This document shows positions 17,207 through 26,551 of a stretch of DNA of 64,000 bases, one piece after another. Both the position numbers and the translations under genes were made by a program. Within the stretch, counting starts at the first letter, position 1, and every line of letters begins with the position of its first letter. Under the pieces are notes generated by a model that saw nothing but the letters and a program-made list of their open reading frames with translations, had not been told where the DNA came from and did no database searches. Source of the stretch: Poseidonia sp. (GTDB lineage Archaea > Thermoplasmatota > Poseidoniia > Poseidoniales > Poseidoniaceae); NCBI GenBank assembly GCA_965661285.1, contig CBFIDD010000006.1:1-64000 (forward strand), given 5' to 3'.

Positions 17207-19618
17207 ATGAGGTGGGCGGTTCTCCTCGCCATGTTTCTTTCACACCTCGCTGTTCCATTCGGCATTGCGGTCGCTGCCGATGTTGGAAGAGAGGATGCAT
17301 TGTTGGAATTCACAGCACCCAGCGAGGTCTACGTCCATCAAAATGAAACCGTCAGCACCTACATCACCGTCCACAACAAAGCTGATGAAAATCAAGCCTT
17401 TACTGTTCAACCCTTCGATGTCCCGGCTGAATTAAGCACGGTTGGATTACCGAAAACCGAATTGCTGGTTCCCAATCATCTCAAACAGATCGCCTTCGGT
17501 ATCCAAACTCAAGATGACACACCGCTGCAGGTGTTCAATGTCTCTTTTTCAATCACGAGTGATTTGGATGATTCCATCAGCGAAACGGTAGAAATGAAGG
17601 TTCATGTTGTACCGCAGTCGAATTTATCCTTTGGCGTGGATGATTTCGCTGCCTTTACCGTTGACGAGTTGGTTCGCACCTCCATCGCCGTAAACCTGAC
17701 CAATAACGCAAGTAATACCGACGATGTGACCTTCAATCTGTACTCCACCTCCGACTGGGAATGGGGATGGGACATGGACAACACCAACGGCACGGAAGCC
17801 TTCATCTCGATGGGTCCTAACACCCTTTCGTATGTGTATCTCTGGGTCGAGGTACCCGCTGTTGTCGACGGTGCCCCGTTGGCCCAAACCGGACCCCGGT
17901 TCACGCTCTCAGCGATTTCAGGCTTGGACAACGCCGTTTCAACCTGGAGTTTTGACCTCTTGATGAACGGAAAGAAAAACGCCTCCATCGATGCGATACA
18001 GGCCTCTGCCGAAGTGGCGCCAAACCAAGATGTTCGAGTGCAGGCCGTCGTGCGAAATGTTGGAAACACCCCCAACACCCTCAACATCACCCTTCAGGGG
18101 CTTCGCCCAACTGGGGAACCTCTTCCGGGTTCAACCGCTGCAGACCGGTTCAACCAAAGCGGCTGGGTTGTTGCATTGTTTGGGGGTTTGGAAGACCTCG
18201 TCCTCGAACCCAACGAATCACGTACGATTGAAATCGGCTTTCAAGCCCCAAACGAGTTTGAGGGTGAGATGCACGTGCAGTTGCAAGTGTATGCCAGTGG
18301 AGCGAAATCCAACACCAAGACGGCAACGACCGTCGCCATCATCAATCGAACATCATCGGGAACACTCACCTATGAAGCCACAGGATGCCAAGCCATCCTC
18401 CCCAACCAAACCTGTGATGTGGCCCTCCAGGTAAGAAACACGGGAAATTCCTACAATTCCTTTGTCCTCCGAGATGGAGGGACAACCGACGGTTTTTCCC
18501 TCAACCTCCCCAGCGAAGCACTCCTGCTCCAACCAAACGAAGTCAAAACATTCCTTCCTGCGACCATCGGAGCGGCTGAAGGAGCGATGGCGTTTACCCT
18601 CGGTGAATCCACCATCGAAGTGTTGGACGACACCGGCTCCGTCGTGGATGCCGTGGTCGTCGCACTCAAGGTCGCACCCGTCATTCAGTGGAATTTCCGA
18701 AATGTTGAGGAGCAGGTGAATGCGAATGGGAGATTGTCCATCGCCATGGAAGTGCGCAATGAAGGAAACGCCGTTGACGGCCTGACGGTGCAACTCCAAT
18801 CCAGTCACGCCGTCGACATGGGATTCATCCCGCCAGACATCGCCATTTACGAAGAGGGCGTTGAGTATCCACGTTCGTTTGATATCAACGACATCCCACT
18901 GAATTCAAATTTCACGATCCGCGCATGGGTCCAACTCCCACAAGATCAAACCAGCAATGGAACCGTCTATGTCAACACCACCATTCGTTCGCGACTCTCC
19001 CCGGAGGTCCCCTTCGTGCACACCAGCACAGGTGACTATCTCGGGGCCGCTTGGCAACCAAATCCAGATGGAGACGAGGGCATTGATTGGGGAGAAATGA
19101 TCGATACGGTCGTCCTCTATGTCAAAGCATGGTGGGGCGTTGTCGCAAGTATCCTCCTTGCGGGCGTCATCATCTACAAGGCCGTGCTTGACCGGGAACG
19201 AAGAATGGAGCATCAAACGACGCTGCCCTATCAAGAGACGAATACCTCTGCCGAAGACTGGATGAGTCAATATCGAGACCAATCGACGGCGGAACCTGAA
19301 CCGGCACCAATCCAACCGACGCAGCAGGTGCCCAAGGAGACTTACCAAGCCATGTTCCGGCACCAACACGGCGCCTCGCAACCCAGTCAACCACCCGTCG
19401 ACAGCAACCTTGTGTCCGCAGCCACCGTCGTCCTTGATGCTCGCACGGAAGAGGTATCAAAGGAAAAGGCAAATTCGCTTCTGGATTCCTTACCAGAAGG
19501 CCCGCAACCCCGGCCGCTACCTGCCAACCAACAACTCGCCAAGATGGACGGCACTCGCGTCCCCCTCCCCGAGTCTGCCTCCAAGGCTAACGAACCGGTC
19601 GACGATCTGGAATTTTGA
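17207..19618 (+). CDS. Membrane-anchored surface protein with repeated Ig-like (COG1470-like) modules
   Basis: Signal peptide; repeated VRN.GN modules; TM near residue 645; acidic Pro/Gln tail. Confidence 0.8.
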   Translation: MRWAVLLAMFLSHLAVPFGIAVAADVGREDALLEFTAPSEVYVHQNETVSTYITVHNKADENQAFTVQPFDVPAELSTVGLPKTELLVPNHLKQIAFGIQTQDDTPLQVFNVSFSITSDLDDSISETVEMKVHVVPQSNLSFGVDDFAAFTVDELVRTSIAVNLTNNASNTDDVTFNLYSTSDWEWGWDMDNTNGTEAFISMGPNTLSYVYLWVEVPAVVDGAPLAQTGPRFTLSAISGLDNAVSTWSFDLLMNGKKNASIDAIQASAEVAPNQDVRVQAVVRNVGNTPNTLNITLQGLRPTGEPLPGSTAADRFNQSGWVVALFGGLEDLVLEPNESRTIEIGFQAPNEFEGEMHVQLQVYASGAKSNTKTATTVAIINRTSSGTLTYEATGCQAILPNQTCDVALQVRNTGNSYNSFVLRDGGTTDGFSLNLPSEALLLQPNEVKTFLPATIGAAEGAMAFTLGESTIEVLDDTGSVVDAVVVALKVAPVIQWNFRNVEEQVNANGRLSIAMEVRNEGNAVDGLTVQLQSSHAVDMGFIPPDIAIYEEGVEYPRSFDINDIPLNSNFTIRAWVQLPQDQTSNGTVYVNTTIRSRLSPEVPFVHTSTGDYLGAAWQPNPDGDEGIDWGEMIDTVVLYVKAWWGVVASILLAGVIIYKAVLDRERRMEHQTTLPYQETNTSAEDWMSQYRDQSTAEPEPAPIQPTQQVPKETYQAMFRHQHGASQPSQPPVDSNLVSAATVVLDARTEEVSKEKANSLLDSLPEGPQPRPLPANQQLAKMDGTRVPLPESASKANEPVDDLEF

Positions 19619-19627
19619 GGTGTTCTC

Positions 19628-20341
19628 GTGCTGGTCGGTATTGATGAAGCAGGACGGGGTCCTGTCCTCGGCCCACTCGTCATCGGCATCTGCGCTGTAC
19701 CAGCAGACAACGAACAGATGCTCCTCAATATGGGCGTCAAGGATTCAAAGGACTTGACGGCAAGGAAACGCAGTGGCATCGAATCCTGGTTCAACAAGAA
19801 CCGGGAGGAGCACGGATGGTTCGGAGCGACCATCGTCCTGACGGCGGAAACCATCGACCTTGCCCTTCAGAAGCGTGGATTGAATTGGTTGGAAGTTGAT
19901 GGTTTTCGACAAGCGTTGGAAACCCTCCCAGCGAAGAGCGAAGCCTGCATCGTTGCCGACGCATGTGATGTCAATCCCGACCGGTTTACGCAACGCATTG
20001 TCAACGGATTGAGCGGCTGGCCATGGCCGGAGAGTACCATGATTTCTGAGCACAAAGCCGACACCCATCATTCCGTCGTGGCGATGGCCAGCATCTTGGC
20101 GAAAGAAGAACGAGACCGACAGATTGCTGCGATGACCGAACGCGTTGGCGTGAACGTGGGCTCTGGCTATCCAAGCGATCCAACCACCAAGGCGGTTCTC
20201 GAACACCTCATTCTCCAATCTGGGATTGATCGCGATGTCCGTTGGAGCTGGGCTACCGTTGAACGATTTTGGAAAACCCACCGCACGGGAAGCCTTCCCG
20301 TACGAGGAGAACACCGAACCGAACAGCAGCGGCTCTTCTAG
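19628..20341 (+). CDS. rnhB: Ribonuclease HII
   Basis: GIDEAGRGPVLGPLV, VKDSK, ASILAK..RD, GSGYPSDP; C-terminal PIP-like QQRLF; GAGGTG RBS. Confidence 0.97.
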   Translation: MLVGIDEAGRGPVLGPLVIGICAVPADNEQMLLNMGVKDSKDLTARKRSGIESWFNKNREEHGWFGATIVLTAETIDLALQKRGLNWLEVDGFRQALETLPAKSEACIVADACDVNPDRFTQRIVNGLSGWPWPESTMISEHKADTHHSVVAMASILAKEERDRQIAAMTERVGVNVGSGYPSDPTTKAVLEHLILQSGIDRDVRWSWATVERFWKTHRTGSLPVRGEHRTEQQRLF

Positions 20342-20394
20342 GCCGGGCCTCCACGCACTTCATGAAGTGGAGGCCTCTGGTCTGCACGAGCGAC

Positions 20395-22122
20395 ATGGAT
20401 TGGAGTCCCGACCAAGAAACGTTGAGCCTCATTCGACATGTTGCTCTGCAGAACGTTCTCGAATACGAGGGAAAGGCTGCGGTTGGTTCGGTCATCGGCC
20501 GAATCATGGGCATGCGCGACGACCTCAAGCAAAACGGCAAGCACGTGACGGGACTGGTCGCCAAGGAGGTCGCACAAGCGAATACCATGGCCACAGAACA
20601 GGGACTGGATGCCGTTCGTGAAGTCCTTGAAAACGAAGCACCACACCTCCTTGAAAAGCGCGAAACAAAAGCTCGCCGTGAAGGACTGCCCGATCTCAAA
20701 AACGCCACAAAAGGCAAGGTTGTGCTCAGATTTGCTCCCAACCCAAACGGCCCGCTCTCGTTTGGGCATGCCAGAGGACTGGTCATCAACAGCACCTATC
20801 GTGAGAACTACAACGGTGAATTCATCCTTCGCTTTGACGACACCGACACCAAGGTCAAACCGCCCATGCTTGAGGCGTATCAGCAAATTCAGGAGGAAAC
20901 CGAGTGGCTCACAGGCCGGAAACCGGATCGCGTGGTCATCGCCTCAGACCGTATCGAAACCTACTACGCTCACGCAAAAACCATGTTGGAACAAGGGTTC
21001 GGCTATGTCTGTCGTTGCAGTGCAGAGGAATTCAAAGAATACCGCGTTTCGAAGACCAGTTGTCCATGCCGAACCCAAACGCCTCAGGACAATCTTGTGT
21101 TCTGGGACCGCATGCTCAACGGGAATTTCAAGCCCGGAGACGCCGTAGTGCGAGTCAAAACAGACATGAAACTGAAAAATCCAGCCCTCAGGGACTGGCC
21201 GGCTCTACGTCTCCAGGACACGCTCGCCCATCCACACCCCCGTCCAGAAATCGGTTCGAATTACCGTGTGTGGCCCCTCCTTGATTTCCAAAGTGCCGTT
21301 GAAGATCACCTTCAGGGGGTCACCCACATCATCCGAGGTAAGGATCTCATGGACTCGACTAGAAAACAGACCTTGCTGTACGAGCACTTCGGGTGGACCT
21401 ATCCCGAAACGATGTACTGGGGACGGGTGAAAGTCCACGAATGGGGCGGATTTTCCACTTCGCAAATGCGGACCGACATTGAGGGCGGGAAATACAGCGG
21501 TTGGGACGACCCACGCTTGCCAACCCTTGCTGGTCTGAAAAAGCGAGGCACTCAGGCGCAAGCACTGCGTCAATTTTGGCTCGAATTGGGCATCACCCAA
21601 AAGGACATCTCCGTGCCGTTGGCCACGTTATACGCACACAACACAAAAATGATCGATGACCAGGCACCGAGGCTGTCATTTGTGCGCCATCCTGTTGGCT
21701 TTGCGTTGGTGGGTGAACACCCTGCGGCCATTGAACTGCCTCACCATCCCAACCATCCGGCCATGGGTGTACGGCGTTGGAAGCTTGACAGCAGAAAAAT
21801 ATGGCTCGAGGGGGAAGACATTGAGAAAATGGACCTCCGCCTCAAGGAATTTGCAGATGTGGCCCTTCACGATAACGAGGCCCGCATGGAGAGTATCGAG
21901 CGGAGCGATAAGCGACCCATCGTCCACTGGGTGACCGAAGAGAACAGCACCGAAGGCGTGCTCGTCGGTACCAAAGATGACGCCATGATTCGAATCGAGG
22001 GGCGTGTTGAACGGCATAAGCACGAGGTTGGCACCGTTGTTCAGTTGGAGCGCATCGGTTATGCAAAGGTGATGTCGGATGGAGCCCTCATGCTCTGCCA
22101 CGAACAACTTCAGCACGATTGA
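20395..22122 (+). CDS. gltX: Glutamate-tRNA ligase (archaeal type)
   Basis: RFAPNPNGP, LRFDDTD, GVTHIIRGKDL, GWDDPRLPTL, QLERIGY. Confidence 0.97.
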   Translation: MDWSPDQETLSLIRHVALQNVLEYEGKAAVGSVIGRIMGMRDDLKQNGKHVTGLVAKEVAQANTMATEQGLDAVREVLENEAPHLLEKRETKARREGLPDLKNATKGKVVLRFAPNPNGPLSFGHARGLVINSTYRENYNGEFILRFDDTDTKVKPPMLEAYQQIQEETEWLTGRKPDRVVIASDRIETYYAHAKTMLEQGFGYVCRCSAEEFKEYRVSKTSCPCRTQTPQDNLVFWDRMLNGNFKPGDAVVRVKTDMKLKNPALRDWPALRLQDTLAHPHPRPEIGSNYRVWPLLDFQSAVEDHLQGVTHIIRGKDLMDSTRKQTLLYEHFGWTYPETMYWGRVKVHEWGGFSTSQMRTDIEGGKYSGWDDPRLPTLAGLKKRGTQAQALRQFWLELGITQKDISVPLATLYAHNTKMIDDQAPRLSFVRHPVGFALVGEHPAAIELPHHPNHPAMGVRRWKLDSRKIWLEGEDIEKMDLRLKEFADVALHDNEARMESIERSDKRPIVHWVTEENSTEGVLVGTKDDAMIRIEGRVERHKHEVGTVVQLERIGYAKVMSDGALMLCHEQLQHD

Positions 22123-22161
22123 GAAGCAAGAACCAAAACCCGCAACCTTCGTCGGTCGTCC

Positions 22162-22572
22162 ATGGGAAAGACGGTGGCAGACCTGACGCTTGACGACGAA
22201 CACATGACGGTGGGTGTTGCCGACACACTCCAAGAAGCGGCAAAGCGCTTGTTGACGATCTCAGGTGGCATCGTCGTGGTGTTGGATGACGACCAGCGCG
22301 TGAAAGGCGTCATCGGCCAGCGGCAACTCATCAAAGCCCTCAGCGAGGGGATCGACGGCAGCGCTGCCCAATGCCATGAATTCATGGAGATGGATTTCAT
22401 GCAAGTGGAACTCAACGATTCCCTCAAAGGCGTTCTTGCCGACATTCAAACCCGAAGTCCGCAAGCCGTCGTGGCGGTTGATGACAACGGGGAATTCCTC
22501 GGTTATTTCTCCCCGAGTGATTATCAAGAGGCTGTTCAAATCGTGAACAATTTGAAAGGGCTCAATCTTTGA
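22162..22572 (+). CDS. CBS-domain pair protein
   Basis: Two CBS repeats (VVVLDDD..VKGVI; VVAVDDNGEFLG). Confidence 0.85.
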   Translation: MGKTVADLTLDDEHMTVGVADTLQEAAKRLLTISGGIVVVLDDDQRVKGVIGQRQLIKALSEGIDGSAAQCHEFMEMDFMQVELNDSLKGVLADIQTRSPQAVVAVDDNGEFLGYFSPSDYQEAVQIVNNLKGLNL

Positions 22573-24594
22573 TCAGGCCACGAGTTTGATCACACGCCCA
22601 CAACCGCTGCAATTGAAGCGATGCGGACGTTCATCGGTGGTCACCGGGTTCGGTGTTTGACAGGCCGGGCAGGGAATTTTCGGATAGTTTGCTTTGGATG
22701 GACGACGGGGACCACCCACCAACCTTGGGCTGGCAATCGCTGTTACGAACCAGATGAGACCCACGCCACCCAATGCGATGCCGATGAACACCGGCGGGTA
22801 CCCAAACAGGGTGACCAGCAGGACGATGGGGACCAAGACCAACTCAAGGTAGAGGTAGGTGCGACGTCGGGAACGGGTGAGACGAAGGCCGATCATGAAC
22901 GAGCCGAGCAGCCCGAACAGCGTCAAAACAGAGAGGGAGAGGGGAGCATACATCGGATTGGAGGTTGGCAATGTTGACAAGGAAAACGTCTCGCTTTGCT
23001 CAAGACCCTCGCCCTCCAGGCGGATGTGGTCGCCCCACGGGAGACGTGAAACCGAGAAATCGAAAGCTGTGGATTCCCGAACGATGCTGTTGCTAAGAGC
23101 AGTAAGTGACGAGGACCGGGCATCGAGGGTCAGGTCGTAATCACTCCAAAGTGGCGCAGGTTGCACGACAATAAAGCTCCGAAGGAGGTCGATGCGTTTG
23201 CCATCCTCGACAAGTTCGGTGGTAGAGAAACGAAGGGTTACAGGATGGTTAATCACCGCTGATTGACCGTTGAGGTCGACTTCTATTTTCAATTCGTTAA
23301 ACGATCTGAAGTCCCCGAGCAGTTCCTCCGTGTCCAAGCCCAAACCCGCATTCATGTACATCGGGCCGAGGCTCACCATTTGCCGCTCAAATTCAGCACG
23401 CTCCACATCCTCCACGAATCGACTCACTCGGTCTTCATCGGTCACTGGTCCTGCCGAAAATGCACGAAGCATGGGCGACAAGGCGGGGTTTTCATCTCCG
23501 ATGTGGTCCATACCCCACCGCATCCAAAAGGCGATTTCATCGTCTACGGTGAGGGTGGTGACGCGTTCGAGCATGAGCCCGCCGTCTTGCTGTTCAAGAT
23601 TCATCGTGATGTCAAGGACCATGCTGCTTCCACCCCCATCGGTTCGTAGTGGCTCATCAGGAGGATAGTAGGTGCCCGTCCCTCCCCCCGTATCGAAGGT
23701 CTCAATGTCGTAGGTCGTGGAACCCCGGAGGGCGGCTTGCCGTGGTTGGAATTTCAGCTCCACTTCGACGTTAATGGTTTCTTCACCTCCCGCCGCACCT
23801 GTCCAGGTCCATGTGACCCGAACGGTGTCATCAACCGCAGTTTCGATGGGGTCTCCCGAGACCGGATTGCCGTTGACCTTGAGCATGATCGACTCGGCCA
23901 TCGCCAACGTGGTCAAACCCCAAGGCGAATCCAAGCGAACGGCGAGGTAAACATCAGAACCCTCGACCTCCGGTTCAAGCATCAAAATGTCCAGCAGGGG
24001 TATGGTGGCCTCGAGACTGGAATCATCAGATTCACTTCCCCAGAAGAATTCGAGCTTCGCATCAGCGGCCGGAACGCTGAACAAAACCGCTTGCACCGTG
24101 AGTTCAACTTCGATGTTGGACGAGCCGCTGGTGGAGAAGGACTCCACATCGATATTGAAATTTAGCGAGCCAGAACCTTGCGCTAAGAAGGAAGACCCCG
24201 GTTCGGTTTCTGCGCTGAAACTCTTCGAACCAACGCTGACGGTCACGGTGGCGTTGAGTTGAACACCCGCAGCGTTGGAGACCTCGTAGTTCATTGAAAA
24301 CACCCATGTCGATGATGGCACTGTGCCAGCCCACGTGTTGGGTAAGAGCCACCGTCCAATGCTCTCTTGGGAAGAGATGGATGTTTCCACGCCCACGCTC
24401 TGTGCGTCCTCTGCCAGCTCGGCAACAAACGGTGTCAGGCGTTTGTTGGATTCACTGCCGATGAGGTAGAGTTCTACCGGAGCCGCATCGCAACACACCA
24501 ACGTGTCCCCGCTGGCCTCACCTTGAGCGTGGGAGAGAACGGGCGAAAGCACCGTCAGGAGGAGAACAGCGGTCAAAAGAAAGGCTTGTCGCAT
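22573..24594 (-). CDS. Secreted ectodomain + 3 TM + C-terminal Zn ribbon protein
   Basis: Signal peptide, hydrophobic C-terminal helices, CPAC...RP..CSGCG. Confidence 0.8.
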   Translation of the reverse strand: MRQAFLLTAVLLLTVLSPVLSHAQGEASGDTLVCCDAAPVELYLIGSESNKRLTPFVAELAEDAQSVGVETSISSQESIGRWLLPNTWAGTVPSSTWVFSMNYEVSNAAGVQLNATVTVSVGSKSFSAETEPGSSFLAQGSGSLNFNIDVESFSTSGSSNIEVELTVQAVLFSVPAADAKLEFFWGSESDDSSLEATIPLLDILMLEPEVEGSDVYLAVRLDSPWGLTTLAMAESIMLKVNGNPVSGDPIETAVDDTVRVTWTWTGAAGGEETINVEVELKFQPRQAALRGSTTYDIETFDTGGGTGTYYPPDEPLRTDGGGSSMVLDITMNLEQQDGGLMLERVTTLTVDDEIAFWMRWGMDHIGDENPALSPMLRAFSAGPVTDEDRVSRFVEDVERAEFERQMVSLGPMYMNAGLGLDTEELLGDFRSFNELKIEVDLNGQSAVINHPVTLRFSTTELVEDGKRIDLLRSFIVVQPAPLWSDYDLTLDARSSSLTALSNSIVRESTAFDFSVSRLPWGDHIRLEGEGLEQSETFSLSTLPTSNPMYAPLSLSVLTLFGLLGSFMIGLRLTRSRRRTYLYLELVLVPIVLLVTLFGYPPVFIGIALGGVGLIWFVTAIASPRLVGGPRRPSKANYPKIPCPACQTPNPVTTDERPHRFNCSGCGRVIKLVA

Positions 24595-24660
24595 TGGTTC
24601 TCATATGGGCCAAGTATTTGTGGCTCATAACTTCAACTCATGACCGTGAGGAAAAAACGG

Positions 24661-25011
24661 TCAAAGCGCCTTCTCGAGCAGTGCGCCAAGTTCCTTTTCG
24701 AAGAGGGTGACCAAGGCTTCCCCGACCTCGCCTTGCAAATCGTCTGGAAGCAGGCGGAGACCCAAGCGTGTCGCAGCGCGAGTCGCTTTCAATTCGGCAT
24801 AAATAGTACGTGCTTTCGAATGGAAGTAGTAGGCTACGGCTTCTTTGATTTCGGCCTTTAGGTCCGGGTCAGCCTCGACCTTCGCTCGTATGTGGGACTT
24901 GAGTTCGTCCTTCACGAGGTCACGAAAGGCTTCGATGACCAAATCCTCGGTTGACATCAATTCTTGGAGTTGACTTTGAATGCTGCCAGTGAGCAATCGT
25001 TCAATCGCCAT
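24661..25011 (-). CDS. Small helical hypothetical protein
   Basis: Fills the gap; amphipathic helical composition; TTCAAA element 22 nt upstream. Confidence 0.72.
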   Translation of the reverse strand: MAIERLLTGSIQSQLQELMSTEDLVIEAFRDLVKDELKSHIRAKVEADPDLKAEIKEAVAYYFHSKARTIYAELKATRAATRLGLRLLPDDLQGEVGEALVTLFEKELGALLEKAL

Positions 25012-25048
25012 GGACCACCCAAGGGCCATGAAGGTTTGAATCCGTCGC

Positions 25049-25960
25049 TCAATCGGAGGTTTGCAACGTACCCGAAGTCAACCAAGCATCGAGCAGCTTT
25101 GAAGCATGTAATTTTGATGCCGTTTCTTCTTCTGGCCATGTTTTTTTGATGGCGTGAGCCTGACTGGCGAGGTCCATCTCAGCATCACCCACCAGCATTC
25201 GGTGCCAGACAAGTTCTTCGAGCCGAGGGGTGGAGAGTTCCTGTTCTTTCAAGCAGGGCAAGATGAGTTCACTCAAGGCGAGACTCCGCTGGTCAACATC
25301 CATCGTGGGCCACACGTTTGACAATCGCTTCAACTGGCGTTCGGCGAGACCGGGAATCATACCGGGGGACGGAGCACGGACTTCAGGAAGAGGAACAATT
25401 CGCACCGAGCCCTCCTCTTTGAGGTGATTCAACATGGTCGTGTGTATGGGGTCCATGGTCGTGTCCAAGGCTCCACGAAGCCACAACCCAAGCGAGATGT
25501 ACGGGCGTAATTTCCGAACACGACGACCATTCGGTGCAAGGCACGCTGCCAACGCTCCAGCCTGAACGACAGAATCGAGTGCACCGTGAAATGTTCGATT
25601 TTTTTCACCCATCTCAACGCTGGTGTTCAACGGAACGAGATGGACAAGATGACCTTCCGGGCGATCTGCGACTTCCCACGTGGCCTCTTCAACATCGGCG
25701 ATGACCGACAGGCCCTTGTCTTCTTCCCGCCATGCAGGAGGGGCATCTCGGGGGAGATGATGGCGAGGTGTGTACAAGCGACGACGGTATTTCAGGCCCA
25801 GGTCGAGGCACGCCGCTTCCAACTGCCCGAGGGCGAGAATACCTTCAATCGAGGCGGGAGCGCTGATGTGAACCAAATCGGCTTGTTTGATCCGTTCTCC
25901 ATGCGAAGTGAGCAGCGCCGATACGGGCGTGAAGACCGGTGTACTGAGCACGTCTCGCAT
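25049..25960 (-). CDS. Degenerate DHH/RecJ-like protein, probably inactive
   Basis: Directly downstream of rps15, the usual position of an archaeal DHH protein; HISAPASIEG..ALG resembles DHH motif I without the Asp residues. Confidence 0.5.
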   Translation of the reverse strand: MRDVLSTPVFTPVSALLTSHGERIKQADLVHISAPASIEGILALGQLEAACLDLGLKYRRRLYTPRHHLPRDAPPAWREEDKGLSVIADVEEATWEVADRPEGHLVHLVPLNTSVEMGEKNRTFHGALDSVVQAGALAACLAPNGRRVRKLRPYISLGLWLRGALDTTMDPIHTTMLNHLKEEGSVRIVPLPEVRAPSPGMIPGLAERQLKRLSNVWPTMDVDQRSLALSELILPCLKEQELSTPRLEELVWHRMLVGDAEMDLASQAHAIKKTWPEEETASKLHASKLLDAWLTSGTLQTSD

Positions 25961-26018
25961 GGGAACGATGTAGAGGAACCATGGGTTCCTCATGAAGATG
26001 TTCGTGATGGCGAACCGT

Positions 26019-26477
26019 TTACTCAACCATCAGGCGGAGTTCGTCTCGCTTGTAGCGCCAGTCGCTTGGCAGGCGCTTTTCAGCGATGTAGTAAGAAGAA
26101 AGTCGGCGGATTTTCGATTCGGTGATCTCAAGCGCCCGCTTGTTGTGAAGGTCCTTGTGGTTTCCAGAACCAAGATGGTTGATGATAGCGACGGCTTGGC
26201 GCATGAGGTTCATCAAGTCCTCGGGATAGGCGCCGACCATGTCGTTTTCAGCCAACACTTGGCCGATGCGCTTTCCGAGAACGAGGCGAACATTTGGGAC
26301 AGCGTGCTTGTCTCGCAAAATGGTCCCAATCTCTGCGGTTGAATGACCGTTCTTAGCGAGGTCCAAAATGAGTGACTGCACGGCATCCTTGTCGGTGTTG
26401 GACCACTCTGGAGCTTCCTTGACGTGAGGGCGAGAGGAGCCACTCTGACCTTTTCGGGACTTGTACATACGTGCCAT
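26019..26477 (-). CDS. rps15: 30S ribosomal protein S15 (uS15)
   Basis: MARM..RKG.SGS.RP, IG.ILRD, PEDL.NL, KDLHNKR.L...ESKIRRL. Confidence 0.98.
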   Translation of the reverse strand: MARMYKSRKGQSGSSRPHVKEAPEWSNTDKDAVQSLILDLAKNGHSTAEIGTILRDKHAVPNVRLVLGKRIGQVLAENDMVGAYPEDLMNLMRQAVAIINHLGSGNHKDLHNKRALEITESKIRRLSSYYIAEKRLPSDWRYKRDELRLMVE

Positions 26478-26551
26478 ATCACACCACCAAGCGACTTCCC
26501 GACTTGTCTCCCCTTCTTAATCACTCCGCCAAAGGAGAGCCTTGGACTTGC

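Noticed and set aside
20740-20780. Divergent HIGH motif (SFGH) in GltX as a sign of inactivity
   Set aside because: All other motifs are intact and HIGH variants are common in archaeal GluRS
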